From: an uncultured Holophagae bacterium
Lineage (GTDB): Bacteria > Acidobacteriota > Thermoanaerobaculia > Thermoanaerobaculales > Sulfomarinibacteraceae
Length of the DNA: 64,000 nt
Direction of reading: 5' to 3'
Assembly (NCBI GenBank): GCA_963754985.1
Contig: CAVWIJ010000006.1
Location: forward strand, 27,245-91,244
Below the pieces are notes generated by a model. The model saw only the letters and a list, made by a program, of their open reading frames with translations. It made no database searches and was not told where the DNA came from. Of the stretch, positions 30,919 through 40,309 are shown piece after piece; within the stretch, counting starts at the first letter, position 1; the number at the start of each line of letters is the position of its first letter. The position numbers and the translations under genes are program-made.

Positions 30919-32374
30919 TCAGGGTGCTGTGTTCATCGCGTAGGACAGAACGGCGTAGGCGATCGCGTCGGCGTTGAGGTCGAGCACCTCGAGACTGACG
31001 TTGTCGAAGGTGTCGCACGCTTGGTGGTAGCACGGGTCGTACTGGAGTCCCGCGGTGCCGCCGTAGATCGCGGCCTGCTCGGCGGTCTTGATGCCGGTCG
31101 AACCCGCAAACACGCCACCTACCGGGATCCCCGCGGCGGCGAAGGGCGTGTAATCGGAAACGGCGCCGATCGCCTCCGGCTCGTAAGCGAGGCCGCGGTC
31201 GGCGTGGAAACCCTCGAACAGCGCCTCGATGGCGTCGGAGCCGGGGGGTCCGGGCACTCCTGATGCCGAGCCGTCGCCGTCGTAGACGAAGCGCACGAAG
31301 TTCGGCGAGCCGATGGCGTCGAAGTCCAGGTACAGGGCGATGTCCTCGAGCTCGCTCGGGGTGAGGTTGCTCAGGTAGTAGGTCGAGCCGAGCAGCCCCG
31401 CTTCCTTGCCGCCCCACCACGCGAAGCGGACCAGATTGTGCGGCTTCACCTTGGCCATCTGCAGGGCGACCTCCAGGATGGCCGAGCTGCCCGAACCGTT
31501 GTCGTTGATGCCGGGTCCGGCATCGACCGAGTCGAGATGGGCCCCGACCATGACCACGTTCTGCGGGTCTCCTGTCGTCGACTCCGCCAGCACGTTGTAG
31601 TCGGTGGCGAGGCCGCGGAAGGCGTCGGCAACCATGTGGATGACGAGGCCGGGCGTCCCTGCCCACTCCGCGCCGCGGTCGTAGCTCGCGGACATCACCG
31701 GAATGCCGCCGGCGTAGCCCGCGCTCAAGCGTGCCGACGAACAGCCCCGTGCGGTCCGGGGTGTTGCCCTGGTTGAAGATGATGACGCCGACCGCCCCGG
31801 CCGAAGCGGCGTTTTCGGCCTTCATCTGGAAGCTGCAGGTGCCGCGCTGGAGGAGCGCGATGTTGCCGGGCGGGAAGCCGGCGAAGTCGGCCACCTCGCA
31901 GCCGCTGGTCGACGTGTTGCCCAGCCCGAGTTGGAGATCGATGGCGATCACCGCGGCCGTGACATCGCCGGATTCGGTGTGGGCCAAGAGGGCGTAGTCG
32001 TCCCCTTCCACGTAGACGGTCGGCGACGGGGCGATCTGCTCGAGGGTCGAGGGACCGGCCTGGAAGTAGGTCAGGTACTCGAAGGGCTGGATGGTCACGT
32101 TGTAGCCGGCCGCGGCCATCGCGGCGGCGACGTAGTCGACCGACTCGTCGTAGCCGGCCGAGCCGGACACGCGCGTGCCACCGTTGGCATCGGCGATCGC
32201 CTGCAGGGCCGCCTGGTGGGCGCGGACCCCGTCGACGGTCACGCACTCCAGCAGCTTCTTGGGGGTGTTATTCGTTCGGTTGTCACATGCCTCTGGCCCG
32301 GCGAGCACCGAGACCGCAGCGGGTGGGGCAAGCAGGCAGAGAGCGACCAGGATCAGACGGCGGAACAGGTACAT
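30919..32374 (-). CDS. PA-domain M28 aminopeptidase (aminopeptidase Y-like), secreted; frameshift near 31730
   Basis: Signal peptide; IADANGGTR.SG..GY; PA domain IALLQRGTCSF..KA.NA..AGA; GAHLDSV..GPGINDNGSG; DPCYHQACDT. Confidence 0.9.
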
Positions 32375-32527
32375 GATGAGGACCTCCCTTTTGTCTTGGC
32401 GGCGGTTTGCCAGTCGTTTCATTGACATCAGTCCACTTCCGGCCCCGGCGGCCAGCGCGCCGGAAGTGGCCAGCGGTGCGCGACATCACCACCGGGGCGC
32501 GATTCGTCGGAATGTAAAGACTAGTTG

Positions 32528-32555
32528 ACGATAAGGTCCGGAGTCGATCTGTCAA
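32528..32555 (-). promoter_or_regulatory. sigma70-type promoter for the aminopeptidase gene
   Basis: Minus strand TTGACA-N16-TATCGT in an AT-richer intergenic patch. Confidence 0.5.
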
Positions 32556-32685
32556 GAGACCATGTCTCACAATCTATGCTCGAGCACCCGCCCTCCGCAG
32601 ATCGCCAATGGACGGCCAGGGACACGAGATGACGACCGACCTGGACCTCAGGAGCACCGCGCGCGCGAGCTGATCGCGGCTGAAC

Positions 32686-33600
32686 TCAACGCACGGGGAG
32701 GCCGGTGGCGAGCGCGGCAAGCAGGCGCCGCTGGGTATCGGAGGGGAGGTCCGGGGCATCGCAGTGCACGCCGGCGACGAAGCGCTCGGTCGCCACCGCG
32801 GTGCCTGAGCCGAGCTCGCCGGCCGAGTAGCGGAAGCCGCCTCGGCCGGGCGATGGCAGATCGTCGACCGGCGTCCGCCGCGCCCACTCGTCGCGCAGCC
32901 TGGCCAGCGCCTGCGCCGCCGTCTCCTCGCTTCCGAGCTCCGAGTAGTAGAGCCGCGCTTCGCGGCCATCGATCCGGTAGCTCGCCGTCACGCCCCCCGG
33001 CAGGAAGGCGTGGCCGAGCAGGTCGGCCGCGAACCAGCGCTCGCTCTGTGGCACCAGCCCTTCCGCCGGCAGCGGCTCGAGGAAGGCCGGCAGCGCATCC
33101 ACGCCCGGCGCCCGGTCGCAGACCTGCTCCATGAATTTCCCCAGCGCGGCGGTGAGCTCGGCTCGATCGTCGTCGGCCTCGCCGTGAACGTAGAGGCCCC
33201 CCGCCATGCAGCGGCCACGGTCCCGGAGCTGTAGCCCTCGGTGCACCACGGCGCGCGGCGCGGCGTCGGGAGGCAGGGCGCTGCGGAAGATGCCGAAGGC
33301 CCCCGCCGGGCCGCCCATGTCGTAGAGGTCGAGGGTGACGCAGGCGAGCGGGTCCTCTCCGAGCTGGTATCGCAGGTGGACGAGCTCTCGAAAGCCGTAG
33401 CCGACGTAGCGCTCGGCGCCGCCGTCGAGGTACTCGAAGAGGCGGTCGGGACCGTGGCGGGTCGGCCCCTCGACCACCTTCCAGCCGGGGAGGCGCGCCG
33501 CGTCCGGGAGCAGCGTCTCGAGCTCTCCCGCCGGCGGCGACCCGCAGGCGAGGCCGACGACGAGCGCGGCCGCGGCACCGAGCCGCGCGAGCCCGCTCAT
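32686..33600 (-). CDS. DUF6599-like lipoprotein
   Basis: Lipobox GLAC; 'LFEYLDGGAERY..YGF', 'LDLYDMG...AFGIF', 'LLGHAFLPGG..A.Y'; ATGA-coupled to upstream reductase. Confidence 0.72.
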   Translation of the reverse strand: MSGLARLGAAAALVVGLACGSPPAGELETLLPDAARLPGWKVVEGPTRHGPDRLFEYLDGGAERYVGYGFRELVHLRYQLGEDPLACVTLDLYDMGGPAGAFGIFRSALPPDAAPRAVVHRGLQLRDRGRCMAGGLYVHGEADDDRAELTAALGKFMEQVCDRAPGVDALPAFLEPLPAEGLVPQSERWFAADLLGHAFLPGGVTASYRIDGREARLYYSELGSEETAAQALARLRDEWARRTPVDDLPSPGRGGFRYSAGELGSGTAVATERFVAGVHCDAPDLPSDTQRRLLAALATGLPVR

Positions 33601-34787
33601 GCCGTTGCCACACCGAGCCGCCGGTGCGCCTCGACCAGCTCGGCCCGAACCGGCCGGGAAAACGGGCACGCGGCCTCACACGGCGCCACGCAGCCCGCGC
33701 AGGCCGCCGCTGCGCGCGGCGGCGCCAGCGCGGCATAGCGCCGCCGGGCCTCGTCGTGGCGGTCGTAGTAGGCGAAGTACATGAAGAAGCGATTCACGTC
33801 GGCGATCGCCACACCGTGCGGGCAGCTCGCTTCGCAGGCGGCGCAGAAGCGGCAGTAACGGTGGCGCACCTCGTCGGCGTAGCGGCCGAGCATCGCGGCC
33901 TCGGCCAGGCTCAGGCGAGATCCCACCGCGGCGGTCATCTCCCGGATCTGCTCGAAGCTCCCGAAGGTGACGGCCACGCTCGCCACGGCCGGGTTGGTGA
34001 GGGCCCACTTGACGGCCGCATCGCGGAACGACAGGCCGCCCGCCTCGAGCTCCTTGATTTCGCGCTGGCGCTTGCCAGCGTTGGTCTTGAAGGCGATGGT
34101 GCCGATGCCCCGCGCCGCCGCACGCTCGAGGATTTCGTCGAGATCCGGGTAGGACACGAAGTCGTACTTGATGAAGAAGACCTCGAAGCGGCCGTCCTCC
34201 ATGGCGGCGTTCAGCACCCCCTGCATCCCGCCCGAGTGACCCGACAGCCCGAGGTGTCGCACCTTGCCCGCCTGCTTCGCCGCCGCGATGGCCTCGTGGA
34301 AGGCCTCGACGTGCAGCTCGGCCGGCGCGCGGACATCGGCCGCGTAGTAGACGTCGATGTGATCGCTGCCGAGGCGGCGCAGGCTCGCGTCGATGTCCGC
34401 GAGGACGTTGCCCGCACTCTGATGGGCGTCGACCGGGTTGCCGGTGACCACGACCAGACGGTCGCGTTCGGCGGCGACGTCGCGCAGCGCGCGCCCCAGC
34501 GCCTCCTCCTCGCGGCCGTCGAGGTACTGGCCGGAGGTCGCGAAGGTGTTGATCCCGGCCTCGACCGCGGCCGCCATCAGCGGCGGGTTGTCGACCCCGT
34601 GGGCGCCGAAGGCAAGCTCCGACACCTCGAGGCCGGTGCGGCCGAACGGACGGGAGCCCATCCGGCCGGGAGCGGCTGGCGCCTCGGGCTCGGGACCCTC
34701 AGCGCCGCAGCCGATCGCGAGACCCGAGGCAGCGGCACCCAGCTTGAGGAAATCTCGGCGGTTGACACCCTTCGGCGCGTCGACCAT
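33597..34787 (-). CDS. Tat-exported aldo/keto reductase with C-terminal 4Fe-4S dicluster
   Basis: Tat motif NRRDFLK; RPFGRTGLEVS.L.FG, SLRRLGSDHIDVY, GKVRHLGLSGH; YCRFCAACEASCP ... ACAGCVAPCEAACP. Confidence 0.9.
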   Translation of the reverse strand: MVDAPKGVNRRDFLKLGAAASGLAIGCGAEGPEPEAPAAPGRMGSRPFGRTGLEVSELAFGAHGVDNPPLMAAAVEAGINTFATSGQYLDGREEEALGRALRDVAAERDRLVVVTGNPVDAHQSAGNVLADIDASLRRLGSDHIDVYYAADVRAPAELHVEAFHEAIAAAKQAGKVRHLGLSGHSGGMQGVLNAAMEDGRFEVFFIKYDFVSYPDLDEILERAAARGIGTIAFKTNAGKRQREIKELEAGGLSFRDAAVKWALTNPAVASVAVTFGSFEQIREMTAAVGSRLSLAEAAMLGRYADEVRHRYCRFCAACEASCPHGVAIADVNRFFMYFAYYDRHDEARRRYAALAPPRAAAACAGCVAPCEAACPFSRPVRAELVEAHRRLGVATA

Positions 34788-35053
34788 GGGGACCTCCCGC
34801 GCGCGGCCTCGCGATGGATCGGACACTGACCCGCATTCTGTTGCCCGCGGGGCGCTGTCGTTGGTTGTGCCTCCCTTCAGTATAGGGCTCTCCGGCGATC
34901 GCCGGGCGCTGCCCGCCGGCCGCCTGCTCTTGACTTTCCCGGCGTTCGGCTCAATCGTGGAAGCGAGGAGATTCCGAGAACAGCACGACAGCAGGCCCCT
35001 CCGCAGCGACATCGAGCGGTCGCGGCCCGTCCCAACTAAAGGAGGATGGAGAG

Positions 35054-36172
35054 ATGATCCGAAGTTCGGTTCGGCTCGCAGTGATCGTGATGGTGATGAC
35101 CGCCGCGGCCGTTGTGGCGCAGGCCGGCGACGACCAGGAGTGGGGCGGCACGTGGCAGAACGGTCCCCCGACCACCTTCCCGCAGGCCTTCTCGCGCTTC
35201 GACGGCGCCTATGACCCCGGCACCGGCCTGGTCTACTTCCTGGGTGGCCGCCTCGCCGACGCCAACACCGACGGCAGTATCTGGACCTTCAACCCCTCGA
35301 CCGGCATCTACGCCGACACCGGTCTCGACATGCCGGTCCCGATCTCGAACTACACCATCAACGTGCTCAACGACGCCACCGGCGAGGGCTACTACGTCTT
35401 CTGCGGACGGCCGTCGGCTGGCGGCGTGGTGACATCCGTCCAGGTCTACTACCCCGCCACCAACACGGTGATCCAACTGCCGCCCGCCGACGACTTCCCC
35501 GGCGACGCCACCCACTCGTGCAGCTCGGCTCTCAACGCGGTGGTCAACAACAAGGTCTACATGGCCGGCGGCTTCAACGCGACGGCGATGAGCGAGCAGA
35601 CGTGGGTCTTCGATCCGATGGCGCCATCGGGGAGCAGGTGGACCCGGATCGCATCGGCCGACCTCGCCGTGGCCAGGGCTTACATCATGGGCGCGGTGGT
35701 CGACGGCAAGATCTACGCCGTCGGTGGCGCGTCGTGGGACGGTGCTGCGCTCATCAACCTGGACACGGTGCAGATGCTCGACCCGGCCGCCCCGACCCCG
35801 ACCTGGACACCCTTGGCATCCCTGCCCGAGGCGTGCTCGAGCTCGCGCGCCTGGGGCTTCGACACCGGCAGCCTCTACATCGATCCCAGCGATATGACCC
35901 CGCTTTCCGGCAAGATCATCAGCGGCTGCGGCTTCTGGTCGACGGCCATCCAGGCCGTCTACGCCTACACCGTGGCCACCAACAGCTGGGAGGCCTTCCC
36001 GCCGTTCCTCACCGCCCGTCGTGACATGGCGGGCGAGCTCATTCCCATCGCCGGTGAGGAGGCACTGTGGGTCTGGGGCGGTTACGACGGCACCAGCGCC
36101 AACACCACGACCGCCGAGTACTACACTCTCGGCTTGATTCCGGTGGAGCTGCAGACATTCACCATCGAGTAG
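35054..36172 (+). CDS. secreted Kelch-repeat beta-propeller with C-terminal IPVELQTFTIE tag
   Basis: SD AAGGAGG; signal peptide; Kelch blades VYFLGG, KVYMAGG, KIYAVGG, LWVWGG; PVELQ tail. Confidence 0.88.
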   Translation: MIRSSVRLAVIVMVMTAAAVVAQAGDDQEWGGTWQNGPPTTFPQAFSRFDGAYDPGTGLVYFLGGRLADANTDGSIWTFNPSTGIYADTGLDMPVPISNYTINVLNDATGEGYYVFCGRPSAGGVVTSVQVYYPATNTVIQLPPADDFPGDATHSCSSALNAVVNNKVYMAGGFNATAMSEQTWVFDPMAPSGSRWTRIASADLAVARAYIMGAVVDGKIYAVGGASWDGAALINLDTVQMLDPAAPTPTWTPLASLPEACSSSRAWGFDTGSLYIDPSDMTPLSGKIISGCGFWSTAIQAVYAYTVATNSWEAFPPFLTARRDMAGELIPIAGEEALWVWGGYDGTSANTTTAEYYTLGLIPVELQTFTIE

Positions 36173-36196
36173 CCGATCACGCAGCAACGTCAACCC

Positions 36197-36227
36197 GCGC
36201 CCCGGCTCCGGCCGGGGCGCTGTGTTT
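36197..36227 (+). terminator. intrinsic terminator after the Kelch gene
   Basis: GCGCCCCGGC-TCCG-GCCGGGGCGC followed by TGTGTTT. Confidence 0.55.
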
Positions 36228-36344
36228 CCCGACTCACTGCGTCTCCTGATCCGGGCTAGTCCGACCGCGCGGGTCGCCGCCACCGCGGTCCACGCGGACC
36301 GGTTGGTACAATCACCGTTCTGAAGCAAGGCCGGGCGTCATGCG

Positions 36345-37653
36345 ATGAGTCCTTCATCCCGTGCCACGACACGAGTCCGCCGGACGGCGGGCCAGCTTCT
36401 CCGTTGCGCGCTGGTCGTGGCTGCGGCGACGTCGCAGGCAGCGTGCGGCCGCGACCGCCCAGCCCAGCCGCCACCCCAGGGGCCGGCGTTGCTTCTCGCC
36501 CAGGCCCAGTTCGAGCAGACGCCGGCTGCGACAGGCAAGGTCGAGACCACCCCTGGCGCGGCACGGCTCACCATCGCTCGCTACGGCGCGGGCAGGTGGA
36601 CCGCCGAAGTGCTCGAGGACCCCGAGAGCAACGTCTTTCACAAGGCGATGCCCTTCCTGGTGCCGGGCGAGCCGCCCGGGATTCTCACGATCGGCGCCAA
36701 CTTCGCGCCGATCCCGGCGCGGATGAAGCTCTGGCGGCGGACGCCCGATGGCTGGCAGGGCACCACCATCGCCAGCGCGGACTTCGGGAGCCGCTTCAAC
36801 CGCTTCCGCGACGTCGAGGTCGGAGACGTGACCGGCGACGGGGAGCCCGAGATCGTGGTCGCCACCCACGATCAAGGTGTCGTTTCCGTGTTCCGGAAGG
36901 GGCATGCCCATCAGTGGACCGCGACGACGATCGATCACGCGGCGAACACCTTCGTCCACGAGGTCGAGATCGCCGACGTGACCGGCGACGGGGTGGCCGA
37001 GATCTTCGCCACGCCGACAGCCCCAAACCGGGTCGAACGGCGCGTGCAGCCCGGCAGGATCATGATGTACACCTTCGACGGGGCCGGATGGGTGCCGTCG
37101 CCGGTGGCGGAGTTCGCAGACCGCCACGCCAAGGAGATCTTGGCGACGGATCTGGAGGGAGCCGGGCAGGTCGACCTGTTCGCCGCCATCGAGCCACCGC
37201 CACCCGGCGCCGAAACCCCGGGTTCGAGAGGACCGGGAGTGACGCATCAACCGCTACCGGTGGGACCGGGGGACGTGGCTGACAGCGGAGGTGGCGACCA
37301 TCGCGGCCGAGTCCTGTCGGTTCCTGCGCGCCGGCGACGTCGACGGTGACCATCGGCGCGAGCTCGTCGCCTCGTGTGGCAGGACCGGCCTCTGGCTGCT
37401 TCGACCGGGCGCGGAGAGGTGGCCGACCGAGAGGATCGACGGCGCATCAACGGCCGTCGAGCTCGCGACCGCCCTCGCGGACCTCGACCGCGACGGGGTC
37501 GCCGAAATCTACGTGGCCGCCGAGGATCAAGGGCAGCTGCGCGCCTACGTCTGGGAACCCGACGGGTTCCACAGGTACGAGCTGATGGAGATACCGCGAG
37601 ACGTCATGAACTTCGGCCTCGAGGTGGTGGTCGACCCGGAGTGCTTGCGCTAG
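36345..37653 (+). CDS. FG-GAP/VCBS repeat lipoprotein; frameshift near 37245
   Basis: Lipobox-like QAACG; Ca-binding repeats GDVTGDGEPEIVV, ADVTGDGVAEIF, GDVDGDHRREL, ADLDRDGVAEIYV. Confidence 0.78.
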
Positions 37654-37682
37654 GTGCGTGTGGGGCATAGGCCCCTCGGCGC
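37651..37682. mobile_element. single end of the miniature element, copy 3
   Basis: TAGGTGCGTGTGGGGCATAGGCCCCT is the reverse complement of 9042-9067 with one mismatch; begins at the TAG stop codon. Confidence 0.65.
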
Positions 37683-37797
37683 ACGCGGGTCGCAGGCCTC
37701 TGGGTGAGTGTGACGCGTCGCGGTCGCAGGCTGGCCTGCGACCCGCGTGCGCCGAGCGGGATGCGCGCGCTCCGGCGGCGTCGGCTACCATGGGGGC

Positions 37798-39315
37798 GTG
37801 AGCGCGCCGCTGCGCATCGTGGTGACCGGCGCCTCCGGCTTCGTGGGCCGGCTGCTCGTGACGCTGCTCCGGCGCCACCACCACGTCGTCGCCGTCGACC
37901 GGCGCGCGCTCGGCGCGTCGGAGATGGCCGACCACCCGAACGTCGAGTGGTACCAGGTCGACCTCTGCGACCGCGAGGCGGTCGAGGGCACGATGGCCTG
38001 CATCGCGGCCGGCGGCGGCGCGCAGGTGCTGCTCCACCTGGCGGCCTACTACGATTACTCCGGCGAGGAGCACCCGGAGTACCAGCGCACCAACGTCGAC
38101 GCCCTGCGGATCCTGCTCGACGCCGCGCGCCGCCTCTCGCTCGAGCACTTCGTGTTCGTGAGCTCGGTGGCGGCCTGCCCGTTCTCGCGGCCCGGCCACC
38201 CGATCACCGAGGCCACACCGCCGGACGGCGGTCACATCTACGCCCGCACCAAGGCGGCCGGCGAACGCATGCTCGCCGAGCACACCGGGAGCTTCACCCC
38301 GCTCATCGTCCGCCCCGCCGCGCTGTTCTCGGACTGGTGCGAGTACCCGCCGCTGCAGGTGCTGCTCGACACCTGGCTGTCGGGACGATGGGACGCCCGC
38401 ATCCTCGCGGGCCGCGGCGCGTCCGCCATCCCCTACCTGCACGTCCGCGACGCCGCCTTCTTCATGATGCGGCTGCTCGAGCGCCGCCATCAGCTCGCGC
38501 CGCTCGAGGTGCTGATCGCCGGCGAGGACGGGGCGATCTCCCACCTCGATCTCTACCGCGCCGCCACCGCCTACGCCGAGGGCCGTGCCCGCTCGGCAAT
38601 CCACATTCCGCGGCCGCTGTGCAAGCCGGGCATCTGGCTGCGCAACCTGGCCGGCCGCGCCCTCGGCTCGCGGCCCTTCGAGCGGGCATGGATGGCCGAC
38701 TACGTCGACCGGAGGATGGAGATCGACGCGAGCCGGACGAGGCAGCGCCTCGGCTGGTCGCCGAACGAGCGCCTCGGGCTGCTGACCCGGCTGCCGTTCC
38801 TGATCGAGCGCCGGCGCGACAACCCGATGGAGTGGTACCGCCGCAACCGCGAGGCGCTGGAGCACCTGGAGCTCACCCCGAACTTCCGGATCTACCGGCT
38901 GATGAGGCGCTACGAGGAGCAGATCGAGCAGGAGCTCGGCGACGCGCTCCGGCGCCGGCCCCGAACCGCTCCGGCAGGCCCGGCCCTGACGCCCGAGCAG
39001 CGGCTCCGGGATCACCGGGTGACGATCCGCAACCTGCTGGCGTCGGTCCGCACCGGCGACAACGAGCTCTTCGTGAGCTGGTGCGGAGACCTCGCCGAGC
39101 GCAGCGTCGCAAGGGGCCTCGATGAGGACGAGGTCGTCTTCGCGTTGGGCTCGCTCGACTCGATCACGGTCGACACGCTGCGCGCCGACCCGGAGGGGGC
39201 GCCACTCGCGCGATCGCTGCGCGAGCTCGTGAGCACGAGGATCGCCTTCGGCATCGACCGGGTGCTCGAGGTGTACGAGGACGCCAGGGCCTTCGGCGTC
39301 GACCAGGGCCGATGA
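37798..39315 (+). CDS. NAD-dependent epimerase/dehydratase (extended SDR) fused to a C-terminal helical domain
   Basis: VTGASGFVG, HLAAYY, FVSS, catalytic YARTK; extra C-terminal domain of about 150 aa. Confidence 0.88.
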   Translation: MSAPLRIVVTGASGFVGRLLVTLLRRHHHVVAVDRRALGASEMADHPNVEWYQVDLCDREAVEGTMACIAAGGGAQVLLHLAAYYDYSGEEHPEYQRTNVDALRILLDAARRLSLEHFVFVSSVAACPFSRPGHPITEATPPDGGHIYARTKAAGERMLAEHTGSFTPLIVRPAALFSDWCEYPPLQVLLDTWLSGRWDARILAGRGASAIPYLHVRDAAFFMMRLLERRHQLAPLEVLIAGEDGAISHLDLYRAATAYAEGRARSAIHIPRPLCKPGIWLRNLAGRALGSRPFERAWMADYVDRRMEIDASRTRQRLGWSPNERLGLLTRLPFLIERRRDNPMEWYRRNREALEHLELTPNFRIYRLMRRYEEQIEQELGDALRRRPRTAPAGPALTPEQRLRDHRVTIRNLLASVRTGDNELFVSWCGDLAERSVARGLDEDEVVFALGSLDSITVDTLRADPEGAPLARSLRELVSTRIAFGIDRVLEVYEDARAFGVDQGR

Positions 39316-39370
39316 ACAGATCGGAGCCGCTCGGGAAGACAGGCCGGCGCTCCATGGGTTGGAGGATGTG

Positions 39371-40174
39371 ATGTCCTCGACAGCACGCGGTCGCCGGGAG
39401 CGCGCCCTCGCCCTGATCGGCGCCCTGCTCTCCACCACGGCTCTGATCAGCTACTTCACGCTGTCGGTGAGGATCCCGAGCCTGCGCGACAGCGCCTGGC
39501 TCAACCTGCTCGCGGTGGTCGTCGGCCTCGGCCTGTCGATCGCGGCCGTCGCGCGGCGAAGGTCGGTCGTCTCCTCCGCGGGCCTCGCGCTGTCCATCCT
39601 GTGGACGGCGGCGCTGTTCGGCTTCGTTTTCCTGCTCTCCGAGCAGCTCCCGTCGCCGGCGGCAGCCGTCGGGGTCGGCGAGACCGCACCGGCATTCGAG
39701 CTCCCCGACCAAAGCGGGAAGCCGGTCGCCCTGTCGGACTTTGCCGGATCCAAGGTCGTGCTGGTCTTCTACCGCGGGTTCTGGTGACCCTTCTGCCGGT
39801 CGGAGCTGCAGGTCCTGCAGTCGCGCATCACGGATATCAGGGCGGCGGGCGCGGAGCTCGTCGCCATCTCGGCGGACTCGGTGGACGACAATCGGCGGCT
39901 GGTCGAGGGTCTTGGCCTTGGCTTCCCGGTGCTGTCGGACAGCTCGCGCGCGACGATCGCCGCCTACGGGCTGGTCCATCGCGGTGCCGGGCCCGGGGGA
40001 GCCGACATCGCGCGACCCGCTACCCTGCTCGTCGGCCGCGACGGGACCGTGCAGTGGCGCCACCTGACCGAGAACTGGCGGGTCCGCGTCAGTCCGGACG
40101 CCATCGTCGCCGCGGTCTCGGAGGCGGCACACGAGCCGCAGCCCGGCCCGAGCGTCACGCCCGATCAGGACTGA
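39371..40174 (+). CDS. membrane-anchored peroxiredoxin-like (AhpC/TSA) selenoprotein with UxxC motif; in-frame TGA at 39785-39787
   Basis: Three TM helices, VGETAPAFELPDQSG.PV.LSDF.G..VVLVFYRGFW-TGA-PFCRSEL; same frame continues to ELVAISAD, FPVLSD, ARPATLLV..DG.V.W and stops at 40174. Confidence 0.88.
39788..39825 (+). promoter_or_regulatory. bacterial SECIS element
   Basis: Hairpin GCTGCAG-GTC-CTGCAGT (39805-39821) begins 17 nt after the TGA; resembles the E. coli fdhF SECIS apical stem-loop UGCAGGUCUGCA. Confidence 0.75.
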
Positions 40175-40309
40175 GGCGAGCGCTCCGCCCCGCGGAGTGC
40201 CTCGCACGCGTCGCCGAGCCCGGCCTTCGCGTGAGGCTCCTCGTGGAGCGACAGCGACACGCCAGCGGCGATCGGCACGGGCCGCTGGTCACAGCGCGGC
40301 CTGGTGGGC

